Shown here: one piece after another, positions 46,472 to 59,997 of the stretch
Position numbering within the stretch: the first letter of the stretch is position 1
Layout of the letters: each line of letters begins with the position of its first letter
Assembly (NCBI GenBank): GCA_951406725.2
Contig: OX597814.1
Span: forward strand, 185,876,001-185,940,000
DNA length: 64,000 nucleotides
Reading direction: 5' to 3'
Origin: Octopus vulgaris
Taxonomy: Eukaryota
Notes under the pieces: generated by a model
What the model saw: only the letters and a program-made list of their open reading frames with translations
Told to the model about the DNA's origin: nothing
Databases searched by the model: none
Program-made: the position numbers and the translations under genes

Positions 46472-48984
46472 AAAAATACAGCCAAAGATGCACCAATGCT
46501 TTTATCAAATTTCAAAGCTTAGTATTTTTGTTTTGTTTTTAGCAGAATTTCAAAATACAGTGTATAACAAAGAGAGGGTTATAAATCTTTTCCGATAGGT
46601 TTCAACTTTAATTAAGTACTTTCAAGGTCATTAAATGTCTTTAATCTAATTTCAACAAACATTTTTTTTTTCTTTACAGCATTTCAAAAACGATATAAAA
46701 CAAAATATGACAAAATAGTTACAGATTGTCACCATAACATTAATAATGAAGCTGTAGTGCTGAATGAAATGCATTAGTATCGAGGGATGTAATAAAATTA
46801 TTTCAAGGGATATAATTAAACCACTCATGGAATATAATTAAGTTACATCAATTAAAACATAATGCATTTAATTTCAGCTGAAATTTGTTTGTGAATTGCG
46901 CATTTTTGCTTATTCGTTGTTGTTCCATTGTTGAATTGCAAATTGATAAAGAGTGAACATAGAAACAGTAAAATTTAGCAAGGTTGCACCTGACAAATTT
47001 CAATATGCTGACTTAGTAGATGTTTTTGTATATGTGTGTGTATAGCTTCCTAATTTGCTGATGATATAATGTCATCCTTCTACAGTATGTTAGACCAGTC
47101 TGCCCAACATATTTTTCTTGGCAGTCTTTGTCTTTTAAAATATATATCAAATTTTCAGAACAGCATATAAAGTTACTTTTGATTTTCAAAATATGTTGTT
47201 ATCTCAAATAGATTTCCCAACTTAGTCTGTAATGCTTTTCTGACTTTTTCATCCAGTTCTGCATGTAACTTTGCATTAGTTACTATCTTTTTAATGATAT
47301 TGCTTAACATTTTTTCCTTTTTTAAAGACTGGATGTGTTTAGAACGATTTTTTTTCTATTTTCTGGTCTCAAAGTAATATTGGTAGGTTTTAATGAATAT
47401 TTGTAAAATCTCAGACAATCTTTGGGTTAAGAGTTGAGAAATATGGTATAACATTTTTTTACATTGCTTTCTTTGTTTTTTTAAATTTCCTAAATGTCAA
47501 TTGGTTTCATTCTGCAAGTAACATTATTGATTACATTTAAAGAATGTTTTCTTCTAAGTAATTCTTTCATTTTCTTTAGTCTGCAATCTCTTGTTGAATG
47601 ATTCAAGACTATTGCATAAATTTCTTTTACTAAGTTATACAGGTTTAAAGCAGACATCAGTTTCTGATTCCTCATTTCTTTTTGTAACTAGTACATTCAA
47701 GAAACGTTGTTTGTTATTACTGTATTCCACTGTATATTATTGGTGAGCATTTTTACTCTTTGTGAGCATTTTAAATTCATTCAGCTGATTAAGATTTTCC
47801 TATAATAAATCTATAATAAATCTCTTTTCAATATAGTCAAATAGTTCATAAGTAAATGAGGCAAATGACTCAAACACTATTTCATAGCTTCAAAAAATGT
47901 GTTGGTGTACATATGTGTGCATGTGCATAGTATCTGTGTATGTTTATATCTCCTTGTCTTGATATGTGATAGCTGTCACTGTCACCATCAGATAAGCCAG
48001 TGATTCTCGACAAGGGTTTTATGGCCCTTGGATGTCCATATTAGATTTTTTGTTAAAATATGAGCGATGCACCAAATATTTTACAACACACAAATATTTT
48101 AACAATTTTTTAAATACAATTCCTAAAAATATTCCTAAAAATATACAAATATAATAGGATTTTTAAAATTCTGAATAGCTGTGAAGTTCTGCTTGAGTTA
48201 AATAAGAATCACAGGTATTCATAGATAAAGGATATCAGAGAACCTCTGATATAAGCAGTGTCCCTTATCTGAAAAAATAAGAGTGGTTATGGGAAAACAT
48301 TCTTTGCTTGTAAACAAGTTAAGATTAGTGACAAGAAAAGCATGATATTGATTCATGTAGAAAAATCTTATCTCAAAAGTTGAAAGAATATGCATTGTCC
48401 AAAAAACTGCAAAAATAGACAGACAGACAAACAGACTGAGAGATAGGTACATATAGACATACACACATGCACACAGAGGTAGATGTATGTTATTCCATGT
48501 ATAGAGATTCACTTAGAAAAATTGTATAGAAGCCTATTGAGTGGATGAAGCTATAGCTGTGTGGTTAAGACCCACATGGTTTCAGATTGTAGCCTACTCC
48601 ATGGTACTTATGCAAGTGTCTTCCACCAACCAAAGCCTTCTGATTGGATTTGGTAGATGGAAACTTAAAGGAGTTCATGGTTTAGGTGTGTGTGTGTGTG
48701 TGTGTGTGTTCTTGTTTTGACATCACATGATATTTAGGAGCTAGAATTGCTGTCACACATATAATGTCTTTCATTTCCAATCTTTCATGAAATTATGTCC
48801 ATCCATGGGGAAATATTAGCTTGCTTGGAAAAGGTGAAATCCTAAGAAAAATTCTTAGACTCAGCTGTGCTTCAGTTCTGCTATCCTTATTGTCAGCATT
48901 CTTTGAAGTTAAAAATAGACTTTATGGTTAACTCAGAACAGATAGATAAATTAATGAAACCAAACCCTGAATGCTGATGATGAC

Positions 48985-49122
48985 AATATCTTCTCATATA
49001 ACATGATATCTTATATAACATAATAATATCTTCTTATATAACATAATGATAATATCGTCTTATATAACATAATGATAATATCGTCTTATATAACATAATG
49101 ATAATATCTTTTCATTTAACAT
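48985..49122. repeat. ~26-27-bp AT-rich minisatellite
   Basis: Units of AATATCGTCTTATATAACATAATGAT. Confidence 0.8.
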
Positions 49123-49568
49123 AAAACTATATCTCAGCAATACAAACTTGTTCAATTTATTAATCATAAAATATATTTTTAAATATGCTGAGACTTTTTG
49201 TTATTTTTTTTTTAATCAGTATAACTCACATAATTATCATTCAAATAGAACTCCTTATCAAAACAAGGTAGGTCTATTTTTTAAAATATCTTTTTGTTTT
49301 TATCACTTACACATATCATTTTGTGAACAAGGTTTCCCATGGGTAAATAACTGGTTCACTACACTGAGTGCTAATATCTGTCTTGTATTGTTATTGAAAT
49401 GACATCTGCTGCAGTTAAGACTTGTTTCATTAAGGAGAAAGTCCTTCAATGTGGTTGCTTTGTCTGCTAGAAACTGTAATCAAATCTTTCAAATCACTCT
49501 GCTATCTTAAATAAATAAAGGATACCTCATATATTTACTGTTTAGTCTAGAAACCTCATCTTCTCATA

Positions 49569-49799
49569 TTAACCCTTTCATTACTGTATTTATTTTGAGA
49601 TTCTCTGTTTTTCTCTCAATTATTTTAAATATAACAATGAATTTAGTAAAATAAAACTTAGTTATCATTAATCTAGTGTTAGGAACATTAATTGTGACTA
49701 AGGTTTGGTGAAAGATTTTAATTCAAAGCTTATGAAAACAAGACATTTGTACTACGGATCCAGAGCCGGTTTCAGCTGGGTTCGTAATGAAAGGGTTAA
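49569..49799 (-). mobile_element. piggyBac-type MITE
   Basis: TTAA-CCCTTTCATTAC...GTAATGAAAGGG-TTAA; reverse complement of the 38622 copy. Confidence 0.85.
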
Positions 49800-50077
49800 T
49801 GTATTTGTCTCATTTTTTTTCTGTTCATGTTCTTCTATCATGTCTACTCAACCATACTCCAGCAGCTTATGTTCCTGATGCTGCCAAAATTGAACAACAC
49901 TATTGGAAGGTGTGAGAATATTTGGGTGATAATTGATAAGGCATTGAGCATGTTCATATCAGTTATATGTGTTTTTACACCAGTTTTTCAGTATGTTCCT
50001 TTGTCGTATCCCTGTTCCACATTTTCATTCATATCTCTAAAATGCTGCAATGGTCCCAGCTTGAACCCCTTTAATCA

Positions 50078-50686
50078 CATCATCATCATCATCATCGTTT
50101 TACATCCGCTTTCCATGCTAGCATGGGTTGGACGATTTGACTGAGGACTGGCAAACCAGATGGCTGCACCAGGCTCCAATCTTGATCTGGCAGAGTTTCC
50201 ACTGCTGGATGCCCTTCCTAACGCCAACCACTCCAAGAGTGTAGTGGGTGCTTTTACGTGCCACTGGCACGAGGGCCAGTCAGGCAGTACTGGCAATGGC
50301 CATGCTCGAAATGGTGTTTTTTTTATGTGCCACCTGCACTCCAGCACAAGTGTCAGCAACGCAATGCTGGTAACGACCACACTCGATTGGTGCCATTTAC
50401 GTGCCACTGGCACAGATACCAGTTAGCCACTCTGGCAACAATCACGCTCGGATGGTGCTCTTAGTACTCCACTAGTATGGATGCCTGTCATCAAATTTGA
50501 TTTCAATTTCACTTGCCTCAACAGGTCTTTGCAAGCAGTGTCCAATGAAGGGAAGGTACACATAAGTGGGCTGGTTACACCCCTGGCATAGGCCACAAGG
50601 TAATAGTCTCATTTGGCTTGCTGGGTCTTCTCAAGCACAGCATATTTCAAAAAGTCTTGGTCACTTGTCATTGCCTCAGTGAGGCA
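50078..50686 (-). mobile_element. 5'-truncated RTE LINE (ORF end plus 3' UTR)
   Basis: Minus-strand LTEAMTSDQDFLKYAVLEK, then the 3' UTR to (CAT)n at 50078. Confidence 0.85.
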
Positions 50687-51539
50687 CCTGAAGTTAAATA
50701 ACAACTTATTTTGTAGTTGTTGTTGGTGGTGTTATTAATTTTTTTAAACTCTTGTTCAATTATGGTTCATCAGACATAATATATGATCAATGACCTCCCA
50801 GCCATGACAAACCTACTTTCTGTTATTTTTTTTTTGGTAACGAAAGGGTTAACCCTCTCTCACTGACTGAAAGACTGAAATATTCAAGCTGTCATCAACG
50901 AAGAGTAACCACAAATTAACCACAAATTAACAGGCTAATTACAGTAATTAATTAACTACTGAGGTTCTATTTAATCACTCCCAAATACTTTCAATACATT
51001 GGGTTTGAGAAACAATGATGTTTACTTTGTGATTTACTCTTGTGAACAGAATAAATAAGAGCAAGGATTAAAGAACAATGGAGAAATTTAGATTCAGACA
51101 GAAGGTTTTCAATGATGGCCTTCTCAGAGGGTCAGGGAATATCTAAAACAACTTTGGTCTGGCAACTGACTGTGTGTCTAAGTAAGTACGCATGATTCTG
51201 TGAATGTATTTGTCTGTGTCCCTTTGCTTACACTATCATCATCATCATTATCATCGTCATCATTTAGCATCCATTATTTCATGCTTGAATGGGTCAGACA
51301 AAGCTTGTTGAGGTGGATTTTCTATGACTAGACGCCCTTTCTGTTGCCACACTCACCTGTTTCCAGGTAAAGTAACATTTCTCTATGACCAGACATGTTT
51401 CAAGGAAAACTGGAAGCAAAGGACGGTGACACTTTTTCACAACTATCACACAAAGTCAAGACAGGGAAAGAGTAACACACACACTGACATGCATGCACAT
51501 ACATGCATACACTTCCATACATACAAATATATATATATA

Positions 51540-51593
<54 letters not shown>

Positions 51594-52096
51594 CACAATC
51601 TCTGAAGAGATTATGCTCAGAAATACAAATTATATATTCGATTAACTTCACTGTGTATAATTGAATGGCTCATTGGTTAGAATGTCGGGCTCACAATTTA
51701 TGAGGTAGTGAGTTTGATTCCTGGACTGGGATGTGTGTTGTGTTCTTGAGCAAGATACTTTATTTCATGTTGCTCCAGTTGACTCATTTGCAACATCACT
51801 GATGCTAAGCTGTATCGGCCTTTGCCTTTCCCTTGAATAACATCGGGGGCATGGAGAGTGGAGGCTGGTATGCATGGGCGACTGCTGGTCTTCCATAAAC
51901 AATCTTGCCCGGATTTGTGCTTAGGGGAGGAACTTTCTAGGTGCAATCCTATAGTCATTCATGACTGAATGGGGTCTTTACCCTTTATGGAGCTCAATCA
52001 AACTGTTATTAAATAAATAATATATTGAACTACTACCAAATGTGTTGAATGCCACTTTCTTTCATTTGTCCACTCACTCATACACACACACACACA

Positions 52097-52161
<65 letters not shown>

Positions 52162-52174
52162 CATATATATATAT

Positions 52175-52360
52175 ATTAGTTCAAAACTGTACAAAAAAAA
52201 ACAATAAATAAAAGAGAGACAGGTGAAAGAATAACAAACAAGATATATTAGTCTGACACTCATTAAAAATGAAAGAATCAATGACGTTTCAAGCCTAAGC
52301 TCTTCTACAGAAAGGAATGAAGAGAGAAAACAGATAGAGAAAGAAAAAAAAAATGGAGAG
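52175..52360 (-). mobile_element. PLE-type fragment with degenerate hammerhead (52278-52314)
   Basis: Sense tttCTGTAGAagagc-ttag-gcttGAAACGTCatt; abuts (TA)n. Confidence 0.55.
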
Positions 52361-52528
52361 AAATGTATGTAACAGGCTTTTTTCAGTTTCCATATACCAA
52401 ATCTATTCACAAGGATTTGGTCAGCCCAAGTCTACGGTAGAAGCCACTTGCCTATGGTGCCACAGAGTGGGACTGAGACCAGAACCATGTGCTTGGGAGG
52501 CAAGCCACACAGCCAGACCTGCACCAAA

Positions 52529-52971
52529 TATTAGGCACACTAGTTGACCACGTGCCATCAGTAATGACAGCTAATTGTAGTATTTTACATATAAATAATG
52601 TACAAAATAAGGTACATAATAATCACATACTTTCCTTGTACATGCACACACATACACACATATACACACACAGAGTTGAAACGCTAATTTTTTTTCATTC
52701 CTTCCTTCCTTCCTTATTCATCTATCACTCCTTCCTTTCTCCTATTGCTATTACTTTCTCTCACTCCCTCTCAGTCACGGCTATTACTCTCACTACTTGT
52801 CCTTCACTGAATTATTATTTTCTCTCTTCCTTCGCATCCAGCATGATTCTGGACATATATATATATATATATATATATTTATATGTACCATATTTTGTAC
52901 ATAATTTATATGGTAAAATACTACAATTAGCTGTCATTATTGATGGCAAGTGGTCAGCTAGTGTGCCTAAT
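52529..52971. mobile_element. Fold-back insert, ~90-bp arms (52529-52618 / 52880-52971)
   Basis: TATTAGGCACACTAG.TGACCAC.TGCCATCA.TAATGACAGCTAATTGTAGTATTTTAC and its reverse complement. Confidence 0.85.
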
Positions 52972-52976
52972 ATATA

Positions 52977-53278
52977 TATCACCATCACGTGACCGACCAG
53001 TCCATCAGATGTAGTTACACATCGCTGGTCACAATGCGTTCGCATTGTTTTAGCCTTCGAATGACGCCACCCAGCTGGCTAAGCGAGCAGGCCAACAGAA
53101 GAAAGAGTGGGAGAAAGAGTGGTGAAAGAGTACAGCAGGGATCACCACCCCCTGCCGGAGCCTCGTGGAGCTTCTTAAGTGTTTTCGATCAATAAACACT
53201 CACAACGCCCGGTCTGGGAATCGAAACCGTGATCCTACGACCGCGAGTCCACTGCCCTAACCACTAGGCCATTGCGCC

Positions 53279-53282
<4 letters not shown>
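52977..53282 (-). mobile_element. SINE family D variant, well preserved, with a different 3' tail
   Basis: Sense GGAGGCGCAATGGCCTAGTGGTTAGGGCAGTGGACTCGCGGTCG...GGTTTCGATTCCC. Confidence 0.85.
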
Positions 53283-53313
<31 letters not shown>

Positions 53314-53414
53314 AATACATAAAACACTATGCTCATTATTATATTAGGAGATTGTTAATTTTTTTAATTATCGTTAACTATGTGCATTAAATGTATGTTT
53401 TGCAAGATTAAGTG

Positions 53415-53644
53415 GCAAACGGCCACGCACCATCCGAGCATGGCCGTTCGCCAGCCTCGTCTGGCACATAAAATCACCCACTACACTCTCGGAGTGGTTG
53501 GCGTTAGGAAGGGCATCCAGCTGTAGAAACACTGCCAGATCTGACTGGCCTGGTGCAGCCTTCGGGCTTCCCAGACCCCAGTTGAACCGTCCAACCCATG
53601 CTAGCATGGAAAGCGGACGTTAAACGATGATGATGATGATGATG
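53415..53644 (+). mobile_element. RTE LINE 3' UTR
   Basis: Family terminus with (GAT)n. Confidence 0.85.
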
Positions 53645-54889
53645 TATTAAATGAATGTGTGGAGATGGTAAAATATAATAAAAACGTCAGACAGACAGAG
53701 AAGCCAGCAAACATAATACAAACTAACAGTTAGATAGTAAGTTAAACTATCGTGTTTACTGTCTAGACAGCTTTAGTGCAAAATATATGTATAAATATAC
53801 ATTACACACAAATATATATGTATACATATATATTACATACAAATACATATATAGCACATATAAAGATTACATACAAATGTAATGTATATATACATACATA
53901 TGTACATGCATAGGCACGTATATTTATACCTACATATACATATGTGTGTGTATACATATATACATATATAAACATATATATGTATATATATATATACATA
54001 TGTATATATACATATATATACACACATGTGTGTGTGTATTGTGCATGAGGGAGAGGGGCAGATAAAAGGAGGAAGAGACGGAGAGAAACAAAGCAACAAA
54101 TAACAGTGTCTATACAGTTGTGAGATTTTTATCTCACTTACAATTCAGTATTTAGTTGAAGGATCACCATAATCAACAGTGTGTATAATAATATATATAT
54201 ACATAAAATGTGTCATCTCATGGGGCTTCAGAGTTATCTGATTCTGTAAAAAGTTATGACAATAGACTAACACTTTTCTGTGTCTTGCCATCTGAGTTCA
54301 ACAAGTAGCTTATATGAAAACACAGAGCCAGATACAGACTAAGGCGAGTTCATATGTATGCATCATACGTACACATGCATGAGCGTGTATGTGTGTGTGT
54401 GTGCATATGTGCATATAGACATCAATGAATATATACATATACATATATATCGTCGTCGTTTAACGTCCGTTCTCCATGCTAGCATGGGTTGGACGGTTCG
54501 ACCGGGGTTCTGGGAAGCCAGAAGGCTGCACCAGGCTCCAGTCTAAATTTGGCAATGTTTCTACAGCTGGATGCCCTTCCTAACGCCAACCACTCCGATA
54601 TATATATATACGTATTTCATGTTAGGCTAAGAAGTGATGAACAATACCAGAATTTTCAATTGGAGTCAAATACAACAAACTACTTAAAATCATTGTTAGA
54701 CTATCTGTGCTAGTTGAGTCAAGTTGGTATTGGCATCAAGTCTTATAAGTTGTAATAATAAAGTCAAACCAAAAAGTGATATTTTGAAATGTTTTAACTG
54801 AGGAACATTTACATAATGGATGCATTTCCTATTACATATTACACAAGCCTGAAACATGTATTAAATGTATTTGACTTCATTATTACTAA

Positions 54890-54920
<31 letters not shown>

Positions 54921-54952
54921 AAGGAATTTACCCTAACTACCTATATAATATA

Positions 54953-55025
<73 letters not shown>

Positions 55026-55097
55026 TATAGTACGTTATATATATATACATATATATATATATGAATCAAAATAAGCAACAAGGATATCCAGAGGTAA

Positions 55098-55184
55098 TGC
55101 AGTACGATTGTTTCATGCAACTCTATTTAAATGAACAATACAATCATTACATCAATTTAAAATGTAGAGCAGTCTTCAGTTGCA
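55098..55184 (-). ncRNA. Hammerhead-like motif with long stem II, within a fold-back insert (arms ~55162-55201 / 55299-55338)
   Basis: Sense tgcaa CTGAAGA ctgctcta...tagagttgcat GAAAC aatc GTA ctgca. The mirror arm reads tgcagCTGAAGA, which restores stem I. Confidence 0.6.
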
Positions 55185-55349
55185 CAAAGACATAGAATCT
55201 ATGCTGAAGTAGAAACAACATGTTCTTTGTCCACTTCCTTCACTTCTTGGAGATTTTAGGTATAACTATATTAATGTGTCCATCTGTTCTAATTTGATTA
55301 AATTCTATGTTTTTGTGCAGCTGAAGATTGCCCTACATAAGATTGCTCA

Positions 55350-55730
55350 AGATAAGAAAGTTCATTTTCGGCACTTGATGCTTTGGGAACCAGACAAAAA
55401 TTGCTGCAGTTCGGCTGGGATGTGTTACCCTACCCTCCATATTCACCAGATATTGCTCCTTCGGATTTCCACTTATTCAGGTCTCTGCAGAATAGTCGCA
55501 ATGGTAAAAATTTCAATTCTTTGGATGACGTAAAAAGATACTCTGATGAATTCTTTGCCATGAAACCACCTCACTTCTGGGAAGAGGGTATTTTCAAGTT
55601 AAAGGAAAGATGGAGATGCATTGGGCAACAAAATGGTTCATATTTGGTTGATTAAAAATGTAATGACAAGTATCTATTGACCTTTTTCTTTCCTTTAAAA
55701 ATCAGCACGAACTTTCCGGACAACCCAATA
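55350..55730 (+). mobile_element. mariner 3' part (transposase C-terminus plus TIR)
   Basis: GWDVLPYPPYSPDIAPSDFHLFRSLQN...GIFKLKERWR...NGSY; TIR GAACTTTCCGGACAACCCAA-TA. Confidence 0.9.
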
Positions 55731-56680
55731 CTTATCCCAGCAAAAACTTGTGTCGAAATGTAATATGGAGAAAAAATGCTTTAATAAAGATAAGTTTTGA
55801 ACATGTATAATTCTCCATTCTTCATTATGATGTCTTGATTAAGTGTATTTATATAAGTGTGTGTGCATTGTGTAACTAGAATCAATATTTCTTCTTACCA
55901 TCTTTCCTTTGCGCAGCCCATACATAGAAACCAAACCAGGAACTCAGTGTTTATCTGCAGAAATCTGTTTGGCGTCAAACTGAAATATCATAGTTTTTGT
56001 CAGCCAATGAAATTACTTGCCACTATTTACTCCTTAAGTGGTCAGCATCCCCACATGGTCATGTATACATACATACATACATACATACATACATACATAC
56101 ATACATACATACATACATACATACATACATACATGCATGCATATATATATATATATATGTACACACACACACACAAATACAGCCAGCTACAAACAGGCAC
56201 AAAGGACTTTATCATTACATTGATCAAAAAAGAGCATCAAATAACACAATATTGATAACATTGTTATTCTCACTATTACTATCATAATATTCATTACATT
56301 TTCATAATATAAATGTCTCACAATTTCACTGATAAATTTTGATTTCTTGGCTTCAAATAGATAATTTTGTCTCTTCAGTCTATCTTTTTTCATTTTTATT
56401 AGCTAGACACAGAGACAGCTACATAGATAGTATTTAACAACGTTCACACAATACAAACAACTACCTACAAACAAGACAAACACATCAAACACGTTCATAT
56501 GCAATGTATAACAAATATATATGTATGCAAACATAACAACTCTCATTCATAAAATGAGCCAATGATAGAATCTTTGAGGGGTTGCTCAGTTTATTAGAAA
56601 TAGTAACCAAATCTTCCTCAAAATACATCCTACTGCCTTATGTATATTTATATGAATGCACTAAATATCATCTTTACATA

Positions 56681-56895
56681 TTAAGTTAATCCAAACATAA
56701 AAACACAAAGAGAAATCACAACAACGCGAGGACGTGGAACAAGTATAGTATTATTGGATGCTCAGGAAAGGAAAGAAAGAAGGAGGATTTAACCTTTTCG
56801 AGCAGAGCTCTTCATCAGAAACATAGGAAAAGGAAAGATGCAAGGAAGGGAAGATGGAGGAAAAAAATCGCCAACGATACACATGTGGTCACATT
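56681..56895 (-). mobile_element. PLE pseudo-LTR fragment with hammerhead (56787-56822)
   Basis: Sense gtttCTGATGAagagc-tct-gctcGAAAAGGTTaaat; homologue of 13432-13626. Confidence 0.7.
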
Positions 56896-56910
56896 TAATA
56901 TATACATATA

Positions 56911-58168
56911 TTGGGTCATCCCATAAATAATGTGGGTTTTTTGTACTTCTTTTATTTTTCCAAATTAAGATAAACAAAGTTCTTTTTTAATCCAAAATAT
57001 ACACTCCTTCATTTTCTACAATTCTCTTCCATCTATCTTGGTAGGCTTGCAAGGCTCCTCTTCCAAAATTCACTTGTCTGTGATGAAAAATACTCCTCCA
57101 GTACTGTCCTGACCTTGTCTACAGAATTCATATTTTTTCATCCAAGTGATTTTGAAAACTGCAGAATAAATGATAATCAGATGGGGCAATGTTCAATGAA
57201 TATGGTGGGTGGGGCATCGTTTCCCATTCAAACTGCTCTAGCCTTTGGAATGTCATCCTCAATGCATATGGCCAAACATTATCCTGATGAAAGAGCTCCT
57301 TTTGTCTTGAAACCAAAGACGTTCATTTTTCTTCTAGCACTAACTTAAGCCGCTCAAGCTGCTCACAGTAGATCTCATCTTTTATCATTTGGTTTGGGTT
57401 TAAAAGTTCAAAGTTGACTAAACCTTTCATATCTCACCAAACAGATAACACTTTCCATGGGTGAAGACCTTCTTTAGCCAAGGGTGCTGGTGTTTCTCCT
57501 TTCCATACCCACTGCTTTCGGCACTTGACATTTTTATAGAGAACCCATTCCTCATCACCAGTCACTATTTGGTCCAATAAAGGTTTGTTCATGAGATGTG
57601 GTGGCAAAGAAGAGCACACAGTCACTCTCTGCACACAAATAGACTCAGAAAGCTTGTGAGGAACCCATTGGTCTAATTTGCTGACTTTTCCGATGGCATG
57701 CAGATGTCAACAAATGGTTGAATGACCAAATCCAAGCTTCTCTGCTAGTTCCTCAACAGTTATGATGGGATTTTGTTCCACCAGGGTTTGCAGGATGTCC
57801 TCGTCAAGCTCTACAGATCTTCCAGGACAAGGCTTGTCTTCTAGGCTGTGGTTTCTAGCTCAGAATTTCTGGAACCACCATTGACACTAGCTTATGCTTA
57901 ATGTCTGATCCCCGTATACTGCATTAATATTCCTCACACTTTCCATTGCATTTTTGTTTTTATGAAACTCATAAAGCAAAATATGTCACTTCCATTACAA
58001 CTTTGAAAAAATAACTATTAAAATCGAACTGCACTCTTCAAAACTTGCACTAAGAATAAGGACAAAGTAAAATTACTTAGAAAGTTGATGCAGGTAGTTT
58101 ATCCCATCCCCCTCCGATTTTTAGTTCATGCAATTGAAAAGATACAAATTGTTTATGGGATGACCCAA
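56911..58168 (-). mobile_element. Near full-length (~1.26 kb) inactivated mariner (DD34D) transposon
   Basis: TIRs TA-TTGGGTCATCCCATAAA / TTTATGGGATGACCCAA-TA. Motifs WVPHKL, IVTGDEEWV, HQDN and HPPYSLNIAPSDYHLF lie across frameshifts. Confidence 0.92.
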
Positions 58169-58382
58169 TATATTAAACAAATATTATAAAGAAACAGTAT
58201 GTTTATATGCCTGAAATAAACAGATGTAAACTGCAATAAAGACCAATGCATTGCAACATGGCTAAAATATGTAAAAAAAAATACTCGTGTGTGTGTGTGT
58301 GTGTAGTATGTAAGGGTAGGTGAGAAGTTTCAAACTGCACTCAGTGCCAAGAAAAGAGATTTGTTTATAGTTTATTGCAACC

Positions 58383-58816
58383 CAGGCTATATTATTAGCA
58401 TTATCCTGTGTTTGAGAATTTAAAATCATTTCTTTAACTTTCTAAGACATCCTAACGCTTCTAAAGCAAACTTCGTTTGTTTGTTTACGCTCATCATAAT
58501 TTAAATTTAGCATATGATAGCGTCTCATAAAGCGAGATTTCTATATCTCTTAAATTTGCAGAAGAATTTGTGGTGTGGGTGGTTTAGCTTAATGGTTCAG
58601 AGCACCATGACTTGTAATCACGGAGGCGTGAGTTCGAATCTCGTAGCCAGCTGCCAACACTTTTTTTCTGCAAAATAGGGGTAGCTTATCCTGTTCAGGC
58701 TGTATTATTAGGATTATCCTGCATTTGAGAATTTAAAATCACTTCTTTAACTTTCTAAGACATCTCAATGCTTCTAAAGCAAACTTTGTTTGTTTATGTT
58801 CATCGTAATTAGAAAT
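58383..58816 (+). repeat. ~125-bp direct repeats (58383-58506 / 58696-58816) flanking the tRNA-like sequence
   Basis: CAGGCT.TATTATTAG.ATTATCCTG..TTTGAGAATTTAAAATCA.TTCTTTAACTTTCTAAGACATC...GCTTCTAAAGCAAACTT occurs twice. Confidence 0.85.
58578..58652 (+). tRNA. tRNA-Thr(UGU)-like gene or pseudogene
   Basis: Acceptor GGTGGTT/AGCCAGC (one G-G mismatch), D arm TAGCTTAATGGTTCAGAGC, anticodon arm CCATGA-CTTGTAA-TCACGG, T arm GTGAG-TTCGAAT-CTCGT. A T7 run starts at 58661. Confidence 0.65.
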
Positions 58817-59190
58817 ATTTAAATTTTCCATTTTCAGTTCATCAAACTTGATATGAAGCCTGATGACTGGGGATGTGAAATTTGAATAACTAGATGTGAG
58901 GTGCCAGCTGCAATTACTACACACAGATAGAGAGAGAGATATAGATGATTTGCTTAATGTTGAACAAATGAGAAAGAAGGGCAGACTGCTTGGTACAGCA
59001 GAGTAAAGGATTTTTTTTTTATTGAAACTAAAGTTTCAGCTTCAGCTTTTATAAAATATTATATTTTGTTTTTGTCTTTGGTTTGCAAGATTCTTTATGT
59101 GAATTCATGTGTTGAAGCATATTTTATTCTGTCTGGCAAGAGTCATTCATATATGCAATAATAGACATATATGGATGAAACAAAAATTTA

Positions 59191-59997
59191 CTTAACCATT
59201 TAGCATTCAGATTACTCTGTTAAATGTAAAGCTTATTTATTCACATTGATATAAATTAATCAGGCATTATCTCATTGCTTTAAGATTCTGATGATGTGAT
59301 TGTTTACTTTTAGAAAGACATTATAGGGTATGTGTGAGAGGCTGGATCTGGCCAGTTTGAACATAAAATAGGTAGAATATTTCAACCAGATGTGGTCAGT
59401 TTAAATGCATTCACATTATTTTCGTCAAAAGTAATGCTTGTTTAATCACATTGTTTTGAATTAATCATGCATTATCTTGTAGCTTTTACTTGTTTCAGTC
59501 ATTTGACTGTGGCCATGCTGGTGCACTGCCTTTAGTTGAGCAAATCAACCCCAGGACTTATTGTTTGTAAGCCTAGTACTTATTCTATCAGTCTCTTTTG
59601 CTGAGCCGCTAAGTAACGGGGACATAAACGCACTACCATCAGTTGTCAAGTGATGTTGTGGGGACAAACACAGACAACAAACATATACACATGCATACAT
59701 ATATATATACATATATACGACAGGCTTCTTTCAGTCTTCATCTACCAAATCCACTCACAAGGCTTTGGTAGGCCCGAGGCTATAGTAGAAGACACTTGCC
59801 CAAGGTGCCATGCAGTGGGACTGAACCTGGAACCATGTGGTTTATAAACAAGCTACTTACCACACAGTCACTCCTGATTTTATACTTTTAGAATGACATT
59901 GTAGGGTAGGTGTTACAGGCTAGACCTGACCAGTTAGGGCATAAAACAGGTAGAATATTTTGGCTGGATATGACCAGTTTAAATGTTAAAGGATTAA
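59191..59997 (+). mobile_element. Second TTAA-bounded MITE family (partly tandem), interrupted by SINE A (59484-59876, minus)
   Basis: TTAACCATTTAGCATTCAG start and TTAAATGTTAAAGGATTAA end; the internal segment ...AGGTAGAATATTT... is repeated. Confidence 0.6.

Noticed and set aside
47060-47870. Strand-biased A-rich blocks that look like ancient LINE ORFs (also at 27400-28600 and 31430-32450)
   Set aside because: They are too decayed for me to recover a diagnostic motif, so I left them unassigned.
53205-53282. SINE heads as real tRNA genes (also at 16112, 39624 and 42401)
   Set aside because: They have A/B boxes but no proper acceptor stem, and they continue into SINE bodies.
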